A stretch of DNA of 64,000 nucleotides from a virus. Of the stretch, positions 45,392-55,511 are shown one piece after another (the first letter of the stretch is position 1; each line of letters opens with the position of its first letter). The notes beneath the pieces were generated by a model. It was given only the letters and a program-made list of their open reading frames with translations, had not been told where the DNA came from and searched no databases. The translations under genes were made by a program, and so were the position numbers. The DNA lies in the IMG/VR virus record IMGVR_UViG_3300034279_000305, positions 22,962-86,961 of that record; one strand, given 5' to 3'.

Positions 45392-46087
45392 TTAAAACAC
45401 TTTTTTCCAAGGGAAGTTAATCTGTTTATCATGGTGTATAACTTTATCTCTATAGAAGTTTGGAGTAATCATCAACATTTTTTCGTTGTCGTAAATTGGT
45501 GCAGATAATGTATTATCAAAATATACTCGACGCCCTGCTCGCATACACTGAATGGTAATATCAGTCAATTCTTCCCGAGGGAATTTTGAATCCATCATGT
45601 CAAGATATTCTCTGTCTCCATAATGATGTGGAACAAATGACTCGTCATACCCACCACCTGCGTGAAACATTTCTTTACTGCACATAAATGAATTTAATGA
45701 TGGGAATGTAATATCATTATGCCTCGTGATAAAACTATACCACTTTTCCATAGACAAATTCATTGTTTGAAGTTTAATTAAGTCTTCAGATGTAATGGCA
45801 TGATCTATATCTAAGAAAATTATCCAATCAGTTTCAGCAACTGATGCGCCAAGATTGCGGCAACCATGACTGTTGAACCCTATATCTTCTTCAACAACAA
45901 GAAATGAAACGTTAAGATTGTCATTGAATTTAGCAGCAGTAATAATATCGGAAGCAGGATATTTGTTAGAACCATCATCAATCAGAATAATTGAAACTGG
46001 AGTTGTAAATGTATTCCAGTGTTCTATTGCCTGTTTTAAAAATTCTACATCATTATAATATGTATGCACTATTGTGATTGCGTTCAT
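45392..46087 (-). CDS. glycosyltransferase family 2
   Basis: IDDGS, RNLGA, FLDID, GGYDE.F. Confidence 0.85.
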   Translation of the reverse strand: MNAITIVHTYYNDVEFLKQAIEHWNTFTTPVSIILIDDGSNKYPASDIITAAKFNDNLNVSFLVVEEDIGFNSHGCRNLGASVAETDWIIFLDIDHAITSEDLIKLQTMNLSMEKWYSFITRHNDITFPSLNSFMCSKEMFHAGGGYDESFVPHHYGDREYLDMMDSKFPREELTDITIQCMRAGRRVYFDNTLSAPIYDNEKMLMITPNFYRDKVIHHDKQINFPWKKVF

Positions 46088-46785
46088 AAAACCCTCTCCC
46101 AATCAAAATTTATACGTTGTTCGATCGGTGTAATATTAGTTGGATCAAATTTTCTGGTATAGAATATCATCTTCTCGTCATCATATACTGGAATAGCAGC
46201 ATCGTCAACAATAACTGCCTTTCTTCCACCACGACGACAAGTTAGATTCAACCACTCTAGATTTTTGGTATCATAACTAGATGAAAGTCTACTCAGAAAT
46301 TCTCTATCTCCAGTATGAAATGGAACAAATGATTCATCGTATCCACCAGATTCAAGATAAAGTTTTTTTGGTATGATAAACTGATTCAGCGCCACATAAG
46401 GATCTCCATGACCGTTAAACTTTGCATTCATTTCATACCAAGTATTCTCGGCGAGGGATTCTCGTTGTAACTTTATTAAATGAGAGGGTTGTATCGTATA
46501 ATCAATATCCAAGAATACCAACCATTCAGTATTTGCTAATCGTGCACCAAGATTGCGACAACCATGACTATTAAATCCGATATCTTCTGTTACTTTATAC
46601 AGAGAGAAATCTATGTTCTCTGAAAATGAAACACCCCGCAAGACTTCCTCGGCAGGAACCTCTTGGGATCCATCGTCGATTAGGATAATCTTGATCGGGG
46701 TGTTGTATACGTTCCACCTCTCGAGTTGTGTCTCGAGAAGCGAACGTTCGTTATAATAAGTATGGATTACTGTAAATTGATTCAT
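46084..46785 (-). CDS. glycosyltransferase family 2 (tandem paralog)
   Basis: IDDGS, GFNSHGCRNLGA, FLDID, GGYDESF. Confidence 0.85.
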   Translation of the reverse strand: MNQFTVIHTYYNERSLLETQLERWNVYNTPIKIILIDDGSQEVPAEEVLRGVSFSENIDFSLYKVTEDIGFNSHGCRNLGARLANTEWLVFLDIDYTIQPSHLIKLQRESLAENTWYEMNAKFNGHGDPYVALNQFIIPKKLYLESGGYDESFVPFHTGDREFLSRLSSSYDTKNLEWLNLTCRRGGRKAVIVDDAAIPVYDDEKMIFYTRKFDPTNITPIEQRINFDWERVL

Positions 46786-47147
46786 CCAACAATCTGTTGA
46801 AGTTCTTCTGTTGCATCAATTTCAGTTAGGTCGATTGCAGGAAATTCAATCTGCTCAGTCAGACTATACTGCAGATACTCATTATGAGTAACATTCTGGT
46901 CAAGATACAATTGCCAACCAGAAAGAGTTTCGTGGAATTGCTTGGTGTGAGTTTCGATCAGATGACGTTTTGCTTCACATGCCTTACCAATTTGTTCAAG
47001 GGTTGGTTCGACGTCGAATCGAGCAATGATATATTCTTTGGCACCAATAGTTTTCCAAAGTGGCATGTCATCAGTTGCAGAGTTTGCCCATAGTGCAGTT
47101 GTTGCAACCAACTTGAGATTCAGTTCTTCATTTGTTTGTTCAGTCAT
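46782..47147 (-). CDS. hypothetical protein
   Basis: 121-aa ORF. Confidence 0.6.
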   Translation of the reverse strand: MTEQTNEELNLKLVATTALWANSATDDMPLWKTIGAKEYIIARFDVEPTLEQIGKACEAKRHLIETHTKQFHETLSGWQLYLDQNVTHNEYLQYSLTEQIEFPAIDLTEIDATEELQQIVG

Positions 47148-47169
47148 TTATTCATTCCCTAGTTAAAAA

Positions 47170-47246
47170 TGGTGATGCCAGTAGGATTCGAACCTACGAC
47201 CTAGAGCTTAGAAGGCTCTTGCTCTATCCAGCTGAGCTATGGCACC
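47170..47246 (-). tRNA. tRNA-Arg(TCT)
   Basis: AGAGC-CTTCTAA-GCTCT, CCA; own promoter at 47261-47288. Confidence 0.95.
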
Positions 47247-47295
47247 AATGTCAATTATTGTTATACTATATCTATTGTAAAAAGTCAAGTGTTTT

Positions 47296-47871
47296 TTATC
47301 GAACATCTAATCTTTCTGGATATTCAAACCATCCAGTAGCGATATACTTATTCCCGACAAGATCGGGTGCAGCACGATGAACATGGGTATATGCTGCAGG
47401 CCAAATAAGCAAAGTTCCTGCTTCTGGTTTTACTGCCAGATCTTGGAATTTAAACTCTGTCTTACCACCTTCTTCTACAGTGTTCAGATACAACATCCAA
47501 ACACCAAACCTGCCTCGATTATTTTTTCCAGATCCTTGTTCAGTATGCCATTGGTGGAATCCACCACCAGTTTCTGATTTCTGGAATTTCCAACCTGGAG
47601 TAAACAGTTCTAAGAATGCTCGACTAGCAGCACCATATTGTTTGTTATATTTTCTCCAACCTGCATGTACTGCATCGACAACAGATTCTTCAAAAAACTT
47701 TAATGACCCATATCTACCAGTAAAGATATTCCAGTCTGTTCTGTTTGCATCATCCGATAGAATACAGGCAGTTCCTGGATCTGGACGTGAGATAATAACG
47801 TCCATGGCATCGCAAATCTGTTTACATTTTTCTGCACTTAGTGCATTGGGGTATGATTCTATAAAATTCAT
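47296..47871 (-). CDS. 2OG-Fe(II) oxygenase (prolyl-4-hydroxylase-like)
   Basis: WHTE, MLYLN.VEEGG.TEF, WPA..TH.HR, KYIATGW. Confidence 0.88.
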   Translation of the reverse strand: MNFIESYPNALSAEKCKQICDAMDVIISRPDPGTACILSDDANRTDWNIFTGRYGSLKFFEESVVDAVHAGWRKYNKQYGAASRAFLELFTPGWKFQKSETGGGFHQWHTEQGSGKNNRGRFGVWMLYLNTVEEGGKTEFKFQDLAVKPEAGTLLIWPAAYTHVHRAAPDLVGNKYIATGWFEYPERLDVR

Positions 47872-49268
47872 TAGAAATTAAACTTCGAAAAGTCCCTCTG
47901 TTGACGTTGACCGATTGTAGTTTTCTCGAACACTGGCAGATCGTCTTGACCTGAATCCATAATTCCCTTTTGGGCAGATTCTTCTAGGTCATACAAACGC
48001 ATCTTACCACGATCGATACCAACCATGAACCTCTTATTTATTCCTGGATCATTGTAGCGATTTTTCAACTGCTTGACCATCAGTTGTCCCATCTTCTCAA
48101 GTTCTTCTGTCGAGATTAGGGCAAACATCAAGTCGGCAGTTGCTGGCAAACCAAATGATTCCGAGGTATCAGTCAGTTCAACGTCACTGTTCGCATATCC
48201 ACCACGAGTAGTTTGGGTGGCAGAAACAACAGGTAAATCAAACTCAACTGCGAAACCACGAAGTTCTTCGGCGATTGCCTTCACATATGTATAAGAGTTT
48301 ACACCTGCTCCTGGTTTGAATCTACTCGAGGCACAGATGTTAAGATAATCGACAAACACAATATCAGGAGCAAAGTTTCGCTTCAACATCAATTCGTTTA
48401 GCAGCGCCTTGAAATGACCAACGTGTGCAGATGCAGTTGGATATTCTTTGATGATCAACTTACCCTCAGTCTTGTTTCGAATTTTGTCAATTCGAGTATC
48501 AAACATGGAACGGGAAAGGTCTTTCAACTCACCAATGTTTACATTCATCATGTTCGCATCGATACGCTCGGCAATCTTCTCTTCACTCATTTCCATGGTA
48601 ATGTAGAGAACATTCTTACCCTGCGCCAATGCTCCTGATGCCATGTGACACATGAACAAAGACTTACCCACACCAGTACCAGCAAGTGCAATATTCAGAG
48701 TCTTGTTTGGTAGACCACCACCTGTAATCTTGTTGAACATTTCAAGATCGAATGGCATCTTATTCTCAACACGGTGATAGAAGTCAAACCGCGACTCAGA
48801 ATTATCTAGATAATCATGACCGACATTATTATCAAAGCAAATTCCCAATGCTTCCTGTAAGATGGAAGGGATACCATCCTGAGAATGCTCCTTGTCTCCA
48901 CCATCGATAATCTGAATCGACTTCATGATTGCATTATAGACTGCCTTGTCTTTACAAAACTTCTCAGTCTCTTCAAGCAACCACTTCTCATTCACATCAA
49001 GAGAATCATCAAGATGTGTCAGTTTCTCATTGATGTTTTTAAATTCATTTTCGTTGATACCACGGTCATTCTGCACTACGATTTCAATTGCTTCGACTGT
49101 CGGAAGTGAATTATACTTCTCGATAAACTCTCTAGCATAATTGAAAATCTTGCGCTCGGAAGTATCATGGAAATATTCTGGTGTTATGAATGGAATTACC
49201 TTGCGAGCATAGTCTTCATCAGAAAACAACTTACTAAGGATGATTGTTTCAATTTTTTGCATATTCAA
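47871..49268 (-). CDS. 41: replicative DNA helicase (T4 gp41)
   Basis: AGTGVGKS, EM.EE, IKEYPT, DYL, SATQT.R, SESFGLPATAD, KNRY. Confidence 0.96.
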   Translation of the reverse strand: MNMQKIETIILSKLFSDEDYARKVIPFITPEYFHDTSERKIFNYAREFIEKYNSLPTVEAIEIVVQNDRGINENEFKNINEKLTHLDDSLDVNEKWLLEETEKFCKDKAVYNAIMKSIQIIDGGDKEHSQDGIPSILQEALGICFDNNVGHDYLDNSESRFDFYHRVENKMPFDLEMFNKITGGGLPNKTLNIALAGTGVGKSLFMCHMASGALAQGKNVLYITMEMSEEKIAERIDANMMNVNIGELKDLSRSMFDTRIDKIRNKTEGKLIIKEYPTASAHVGHFKALLNELMLKRNFAPDIVFVDYLNICASSRFKPGAGVNSYTYVKAIAEELRGFAVEFDLPVVSATQTTRGGYANSDVELTDTSESFGLPATADLMFALISTEELEKMGQLMVKQLKNRYNDPGINKRFMVGIDRGKMRLYDLEESAQKGIMDSGQDDLPVFEKTTIGQRQQRDFSKFNF

Positions 49269-50131
49269 TTTACTTTCTTCGCATTTATTTCTTCGCGTGA
49301 CAATTGTCGATGTGGTATATTGATTACAGGCAGCGCATCACCAAACCCCTTACAGAATCTACAGGCATTTATGTTAATTTTTTCACTGTTAATTGCCTCG
49401 GTATACTTCTCAGTAAACTGCTCGTCGATTGATATACCATCTAGTTCTTTCAGATCATATGGTAACGGAACACCGATTGCTTTATAATATCCTGGTCGAT
49501 GAATACTTACTGCACACCGATAGTATTTTCCACCAAAGAACGTGGAATAATAGGTTTTTCCGGAACAAGAAGTATATACTGCTTGTGCGGTGTCTTCGTC
49601 TAGTTCTTCGAATTGATCTAGTACACGAAATTGCTCGCCTATTACGAGATCTACATTTTGTCGATCTATTACAACTTGGTCTTTTTTCCAAGCACTCATA
49701 CTTTTTGGATGGTTAATAACGTTGTTAAAGTTCCATCGTTTTCCTCGCTCGTCTAAATAGTTAAGAATTTTGTCATAGTTTATGTTCACATTTTCATATT
49801 TACTAATGCTAACAATATCACAATTATCATAAAACTCATCTGACAAAGACAATAGGTTTATTCCATTGGTTACGATGGCAGTAACATCACAAAAATTACT
49901 CTGCTTTGCATATTTCAAATATTCTGTAATATCTGGATTAAGTGTTGGTTCGCCACCAATAAAACGCAAAACACCAACATGCATGTACTGCGAAAGATTG
50001 TCCATATCTCGTTTAAAACTTTCAAGATCAAAAGATTCTTCGTCGCGGTATGGCGATCCAGTACTGCAGTTCGCACATTTTAAATTACAATGAAAACTTA
50101 TATAGTATTCAATAGATGGAAGATTAATCAT
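49265..50131 (-). CDS. radical SAM protein
   Basis: CNLKCANC, GGEPTL, TNG, C-terminal Cys cluster. Confidence 0.85.
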   Translation of the reverse strand: MINLPSIEYYISFHCNLKCANCSTGSPYRDEESFDLESFKRDMDNLSQYMHVGVLRFIGGEPTLNPDITEYLKYAKQSNFCDVTAIVTNGINLLSLSDEFYDNCDIVSISKYENVNINYDKILNYLDERGKRWNFNNVINHPKSMSAWKKDQVVIDRQNVDLVIGEQFRVLDQFEELDEDTAQAVYTSCSGKTYYSTFFGGKYYRCAVSIHRPGYYKAIGVPLPYDLKELDGISIDEQFTEKYTEAINSEKININACRFCKGFGDALPVINIPHRQLSREEINAKKVN

Positions 50132-50136
50132 ACACT

Positions 50137-50358
50137 TTAATCTTCTTCTGCAACTTTTAAATTCTCTATCTCATCATATTCATTTGCAATTCTAATGCAA
50201 CATGGTTCACAAACAAACATCTCATACTCGAGACCCTCTTCAATACCATGAAGGCACATGGCAGGGTCATTCTTTTTCAGAACGACCCCACATTGATTAC
50301 ATATCTTGATTTTCGTAGTCTTCTGAAATATCTTCGTCAGAAATGTCCACATTTTCAT
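50137..50358 (-). CDS. small Cys-rich protein
   Basis: CNQC...CEPC; overlaps uvsX end. Confidence 0.45.
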   Translation of the reverse strand: MKMWTFLTKIFQKTTKIKICNQCGVVLKKNDPAMCLHGIEEGLEYEMFVCEPCCIRIANEYDEIENLKVAEED

Positions 50359-51367
50359 TCTCCATCATTTGTCCACCTGCCATGCGATAGCGACCTTCAA
50401 TCCACTCGCCGAACGTTGGATCAGTCAGAACTGGCATCCAGAATTCTTTGTTGTAAGTATCATTCAAGCGATACTTCTTTTCTTCGCCAACTCGCTGATA
50501 CCAACCGTTGTTCGGTTTAACCACGTGTCCTGACTCGAGCGCCATGTCTAGTAGACCAGACCATTTACTGATGCCACCTTCGAAGGTAACTTCAATAGGA
50601 ATCTTGGACTTTTCACGAACATAACGAGACTTCTCGACGTTAATGATAAAGTTATAACCAACTACCTCGGTACCAGTCTTTTCCTGCTGACGACCAATGA
50701 TAAAGATGTTATCGGCAGAGTAATAGATGCCAGTACCACCAGAGACGATTGCCTTGGGGAACATACCAATTTCCATATAAGTGTGATTGACCACGACCAT
50801 AGGAATATCCTTGATGGTAAGGTGGGGAGTAATCATACGGAACAACGACTTCATCTGCTTTGCACGAGTCATATCTGCGACTGACTTACCGTCAAGCGCA
50901 TCGTCTACTTCCTTCTTCGATGCCAAATTGCCAACTGAGTCAACGACAATCATGACACGATCCTTACGCTCAAGTTCGTTCACCTGCTTCATAATATCAT
51001 GCTTCAACTGCTCAATGTCAGTGATGGGAGTATGAATAATTTTATCGGTGTTAATACCGAAGTTCTCAAAGTACGACTGCGGAGCACCAAACTCCGAGTC
51101 ATAGAACAGGACAACACCATCGTCATACTTATCCAAGAAACTCTTGACTAGCATCATTGCAAATGCAGTCTTGAAGTGCTTAGATGGACCAGCAAAAATG
51201 GTCAATCCTGGAGTTAGACCACCGTCTAACTTACCAGAAAGTGCTACGTTCAGTGCAGGAACTGCAGTCTGAATTAGATCTTTCGTACTGAACAACTTAC
51301 TCTGAGAGAGAACATTAGTCTCTTTGATTGTGCTGTTCTTTTTAAGTCTATCAATTAAATCACTCAT
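50297..51367 (-). CDS. uvsX: UvsX RecA-like recombinase
   Basis: AGPSKHFKT, YDSEFG, DSVGNLASKKE, DMTRAK. Confidence 0.96.
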   Translation of the reverse strand: MSDLIDRLKKNSTIKETNVLSQSKLFSTKDLIQTAVPALNVALSGKLDGGLTPGLTIFAGPSKHFKTAFAMMLVKSFLDKYDDGVVLFYDSEFGAPQSYFENFGINTDKIIHTPITDIEQLKHDIMKQVNELERKDRVMIVVDSVGNLASKKEVDDALDGKSVADMTRAKQMKSLFRMITPHLTIKDIPMVVVNHTYMEIGMFPKAIVSGGTGIYYSADNIFIIGRQQEKTGTEVVGYNFIINVEKSRYVREKSKIPIEVTFEGGISKWSGLLDMALESGHVVKPNNGWYQRVGEEKKYRLNDTYNKEFWMPVLTDPTFGEWIEGRYRMAGGQMMENENVDISDEDISEDYENQDM

Positions 51368-53892
51368 GTAAATAAATCCTCTAGTGTTGCGGTTACTTCG
51401 GTCTGCCAACCAAGACCTTCGATAATTTGTTTAATTGGTTCCAAGAAACTCTTCTCGAACATTGTATTATAGTCTATATACCTATCTAAGTCAAGCTCTT
51501 TTGGAATCTTTCCAATAAAAGCGATACAATTTTCTCGAATATGATTAGGTTCCTTCAAGTAGAGAAACTTAATCTTTTCCCCTTCTTGAATCAACTCATA
51601 TTTCTTATCTAGTTTATTCTTACGCAAAAGGTGGTTATACATTAACGCACCTCGAACATGCATAGGTGTTCCCTTGGCATAGATGTCTGCACCAGAAGTA
51701 TACTTCATAAGACCATTCACACCACGAGGGAATGCAATTTGCTCTGGTTCAAACTTGTTGAACAAGATGCGAGTATGCTCGATAAAACCCTGTAGAGTTT
51801 TCTCGTCAGTTGTCAGTGCCAGTCTTACTGCTTCCTTGAGACTTTCTCGAACAGGTGCTGGAGTGGAAGAACGAACGATCTCAAGACCCATGACCTTGAG
51901 TTTCGGATCTTTGTATCGGACACCTTCATTATCGTAGACGTTGAGTGCATACCTTTTCTTCGCAACCCAGAGACCACGTTCTGCGATTGCTTCACGTTTG
52001 AAGATAATCTTCTTTTGAAATGCGTTCGTGTAGTCCGCAAGTCCATCGCAACTCTTGTTGATCGTCTCTGTGATTTTCTCTTCGCAGATTTTATCGAGAA
52101 CGTCAATGAGTTTATCGCGTGGTAGATTGCTATAATACTTACGAACAAGAGGGTCCAAGGAAATATAACAAGAATCAGTATCACTGTAGAAAGAGTAGTT
52201 GTGTCCATTTGTTCCTACGACTTTATTAAGATAAACATCAAGTGCTGTGCCGACTTTGCGAATAATATATTGACCAGTCATTGTGATACCCTCGGCAATA
52301 CGAGAGTCATAATAACGGAAGTATTCGTTACCCCACGCACCGAACAGCGAGTTCAACTGAATCTTTCTCGCCATCTGGAAGTTGTTATACTTTGAGATGT
52401 CATTCTTCAGTCGAGAATCTTTAGTAATTTCATATTCTTTCTCGGCAGCAATCATCAATTTCTTATAACGCTGTCGGTCATCGAAGAACTTCTGAACAAT
52501 CTCAGGAAACTTACCCTGCTTTTCTCGAGTATAACAATAACCATTGGCAGTCATGGTGTAATCGTTGGTCTGTAGATCATCAAGATTATACTTGCCTTCG
52601 AGCAATCCGTTGACTGTCGTGTCTTTAACATGACCCTCGACGAATGTTTCGGGCGACTGATTATACTGCATAATGATTGACGGATACAGGGAGGTCGCAT
52701 CGAATGACACAACCCAGTCGTACTGTCCAGGTTTTGGTTCCTGCACAAACGCACCTTCAATCTGTCGACCACGACTCTCTTTCTTCTGAGGAATCTGGAT
52801 ATTCTGATTATGAAGGTGATTGTAGATGATACAATCCCATGTTCGAACCTGAGAGAACACATCATTGAAGTTACACTTAGCATCGTATGCCATCGTCAGA
52901 ATCAGTTCAATCAACTTCATCTTGTGCTCGAGTGCATCAACGATCTCAACGTCTCGAATGTTATACTCTACAAACTTCTGCCAGTCCTTGACATAAAATT
53001 CACGGAAACTCTCATATGGATTTTCCATCTTTTTAAGACCAAGTTCAACCTCACCGATGTAGTCGAGTTTATAACTTTCCCGACGAACATAGGTAAACTT
53101 CTTATAGAGATCGATGTAGTCAATGATGGCAACACCAGTGATGTCATAGGAGACATGTTCACGACCCATGATAGTCACATTCTTACGACGAACAAGTCCC
53201 CATGGAGAGAACTTCTTCTTCATAGTTGTGTCATCCTCGGAGCAGAACAAACGCTCAACGCGAGAGATTAGATACGCAATATCGAATAGGTCGCAGTTCC
53301 AACCTGTGATGATGTCAGGATAATTCTCAGAGTAAAAACGAACGAACGTCTCAAGGAGATCACGCTCATTATCGCACTTGACATACAAGAACTTGTTGCC
53401 TTGGGCGCGAAGACTCTCGACTTCCTCGCACTTGTCATCAAAATCACCGCAACCAAATGTGATGATTTGGCGAGTGATAAGATTCTTGACGGTGATTAGA
53501 AGAACTTCTTCGATAGGGTTTTGAACGTCAGGGAACCCATGTTCCGCCGACGTTTCAATATCGATAGTCTGAATGTTTAGTTGCGTAATATCCCACTGGA
53601 TTTCTCCAGGATATGTATGGGTGATATACTGATACCCATAATTAGTCTGACCGTAGATCGGGAAGTTCTCTACCTGACCATAAGTTTGAACAAATTCTTT
53701 TGCTTCATTGTTATTGGCAAATTCTACAGGTTGTAAATCTTCGCCATACAAAGACTTAAACTTGCTTGGTTCTTTTGACTTCACATACAAAGTCGGGGAG
53801 AAGTCTGCCCTCTTAGTAAAACGCACACCATTATTTACTCCACGGACTAAAACCTTGGAACCATATTGGTGTGCGCATGTATAAAATTTCAT
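51364..53892 (-). CDS. 43: family B DNA polymerase (T4 gp43)
   Basis: DIET exo, SFDATSLYPS, KIQLNSLFG, YSDTDS, KKRY. Confidence 0.97.
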   Translation of the reverse strand: MKFYTCAHQYGSKVLVRGVNNGVRFTKRADFSPTLYVKSKEPSKFKSLYGEDLQPVEFANNNEAKEFVQTYGQVENFPIYGQTNYGYQYITHTYPGEIQWDITQLNIQTIDIETSAEHGFPDVQNPIEEVLLITVKNLITRQIITFGCGDFDDKCEEVESLRAQGNKFLYVKCDNERDLLETFVRFYSENYPDIITGWNCDLFDIAYLISRVERLFCSEDDTTMKKKFSPWGLVRRKNVTIMGREHVSYDITGVAIIDYIDLYKKFTYVRRESYKLDYIGEVELGLKKMENPYESFREFYVKDWQKFVEYNIRDVEIVDALEHKMKLIELILTMAYDAKCNFNDVFSQVRTWDCIIYNHLHNQNIQIPQKKESRGRQIEGAFVQEPKPGQYDWVVSFDATSLYPSIIMQYNQSPETFVEGHVKDTTVNGLLEGKYNLDDLQTNDYTMTANGYCYTREKQGKFPEIVQKFFDDRQRYKKLMIAAEKEYEITKDSRLKNDISKYNNFQMARKIQLNSLFGAWGNEYFRYYDSRIAEGITMTGQYIIRKVGTALDVYLNKVVGTNGHNYSFYSDTDSCYISLDPLVRKYYSNLPRDKLIDVLDKICEEKITETINKSCDGLADYTNAFQKKIIFKREAIAERGLWVAKKRYALNVYDNEGVRYKDPKLKVMGLEIVRSSTPAPVRESLKEAVRLALTTDEKTLQGFIEHTRILFNKFEPEQIAFPRGVNGLMKYTSGADIYAKGTPMHVRGALMYNHLLRKNKLDKKYELIQEGEKIKFLYLKEPNHIRENCIAFIGKIPKELDLDRYIDYNTMFEKSFLEPIKQIIEGLGWQTEVTATLEDLFT

Positions 53893-53950
53893 ATAAATCC
53901 CTCATCATCAAATACTACTATACCGTAAAAACATAATAAAGTAAAGGGAT

Positions 53951-54598
53951 TTATCGTAGTTTGTAACCAATCTTTGCTTCTAGTTCTTCCAGTTTCATAG
54001 TTGAAACCTGTGACTTGGGAACTAGATTGTCTACAATATAGACTGCAACATTTCCACTCTCGAAGAATGCTACCTTATAAAGAAAGTCTGGAACAGGAAC
54101 CTTACTCTTACCAACCAGTTTTGGATTCTTAGAGTAATGTGCACCAGTCACAACCCACTTGAACGGAACCGAACGAACACGTTCCTCAAGATTCTTCCAT
54201 GCTATACGGTTGACCGAAGGCAACTGTGGAGTCATGTTTGTCATCAGGAAAGTATCTGACATTTCGTTTGGATCGTCTGCGTTTGCAGCAGGAACCATAT
54301 GCCCACGATCGTAACCAGAGTTGGTATAATCAGCATGGGTTGGTGAATCAGCGATGCGCTTATCTGGACGGAAGTCGTCGGTGCGTGGTGTTTTCTTTAC
54401 TCGTTCCTGTGCAATCTCCGTCGAGAAAACATTTGCATTACGAGCATCGTCATAAACAATTGCAAAGAAAGAGTTGCAGAGAACCGTAGTATTAGGTACT
54501 ACGATTTCCTTACCATTTGGATAGAACTGATCGCAGGGGGACGCATTAGCAGCAGTCGGTAGAGCGAATAAAAATAGAGCAGCAATAAAGTTCTTCAT
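53951..54598 (-). CDS. secreted DNA/RNA non-specific endonuclease
   Basis: Signal peptide, YDRGHM.PA, TF.MTNM.PQ...N...W..LE. Confidence 0.88.
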   Translation of the reverse strand: MKNFIAALFLFALPTAANASPCDQFYPNGKEIVVPNTTVLCNSFFAIVYDDARNANVFSTEIAQERVKKTPRTDDFRPDKRIADSPTHADYTNSGYDRGHMVPAANADDPNEMSDTFLMTNMTPQLPSVNRIAWKNLEERVRSVPFKWVVTGAHYSKNPKLVGKSKVPVPDFLYKVAFFESGNVAVYIVDNLVPKSQVSTMKLEELEAKIGYKLR

Positions 54599-54900
54599 AT
54601 AATGATTTTACTTTCTGGAACGACTAGACCCGATCCATACCGAGTGTTATACTCATTCAGCATACCAGTTTCTGGATCGAAAATTGAAACGATTGCACCA
54701 CCGCGAATAGGAACAATGTTGTCCTTCGCATAGGGGCAGAATGGAGCAAGTCCAATACCAAACTGGTTATTTTGACCTTGGGGAACCATCATAATTAGTA
54801 GAGGTTTACTGAGAACAACAAGGTTTCCATCATCAAACTCAGAAACATCTGCAATGATTTCATCCCCACTGATCAACTTAACACATTTGATATTGGACAT
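54595..54900 (-). CDS. conserved T4-like Sm-fold protein
   Basis: KLISGDEII; C-terminal Y...YGSGLVVP. Confidence 0.65.
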   Translation of the reverse strand: MSNIKCVKLISGDEIIADVSEFDDGNLVVLSKPLLIMMVPQGQNNQFGIGLAPFCPYAKDNIVPIRGGAIVSIFDPETGMLNEYNTRYGSGLVVPESKIII

Positions 54901-54929
54901 ACTTTATACTTTCATTATTTAGATTAAGA

Positions 54930-55415
54930 TTATTTAGTTTTACCTTCTGCTAAGAATTCGGCAGCCTGCGATGGATATTCACTATCATCGGTAATGTCGA
55001 TTTTCTTCGCTTTCTTTTCTTCTGGAATAAATGCTTCTAACCAAATCTTCAGCATACCATTAACCAGAGAAGAACTTTTTACTTCCACATTGTCAGCAAG
55101 AGTGAATTCACGTTTGAATCCTCGCTCTGCGATTCCCTTGTAGAGATATTCAGTAGACTCAGATGAATCGCACTTTCCTTGGATGCTCAGCATACCCTCT
55201 TGCAATTGAATATCAATGTCCGCTTTACCGAAACCAGCAACTGCCAGTTCGATTACGTAGCGATCTTCATCGACTTTCTTGATATTGTATGGAGGATATT
55301 TAATTGGCATCATCTGTGCCGATTGATCAGCAATATCTGCCAACCGTTTCATGACGCGATCAGCGCCAACAAAATAACGGTCGAAGTCTGCTAAATTAGT
55401 TGTATTAAATTTCAT
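54930..55415 (-). CDS. hsp20: small heat shock protein Hsp20 (IbpA-like)
   Basis: YPPYNI, ELAVAGF, YLYKGIAER.F.R.F.LA, NGML. Confidence 0.93.
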   Translation of the reverse strand: MKFNTTNLADFDRYFVGADRVMKRLADIADQSAQMMPIKYPPYNIKKVDEDRYVIELAVAGFGKADIDIQLQEGMLSIQGKCDSSESTEYLYKGIAERGFKREFTLADNVEVKSSSLVNGMLKIWLEAFIPEEKKAKKIDITDDSEYPSQAAEFLAEGKTK

Positions 55416-55421
55416 ATTTTG

Positions 55422-55436
55422 CTCCTATTAAGCGAG
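55422..55436 (-). promoter_or_regulatory. ROSE-like RNA thermometer hairpin
   Basis: CTCGCT-TAAT-AGGAG: U(U/C)GCU motif pairs with SD leaving a bulged G. Confidence 0.6.
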
Positions 55437-55445
55437 TTTAAAAAA

Positions 55446-55470
55446 GTGTGCCATCCGAAGCATGGCACAC
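55446..55470 (-). terminator. stable hairpin followed by U-tract
   Basis: GTGTGCCAT-GCTTCGG-ATGGCACAC-TTTTTT; could instead be the 5' hairpin of the hsp20 leader. Confidence 0.55.
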
Positions 55471-55511
55471 TCTATTTATACTACAATTTAGAAGAAAAGT
55501 AAATAGTTTTT

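Noticed and set aside
47170-47246. tRNA-Arg as a prophage attachment site
   Set aside because: No integrase or duplicated 3' end seen; phage genes continue on both sides
24669-53892. Introns or inteins in nrdA, nrdB, thyX, gp41, gp43
   Set aside because: All are uninterrupted and of normal length
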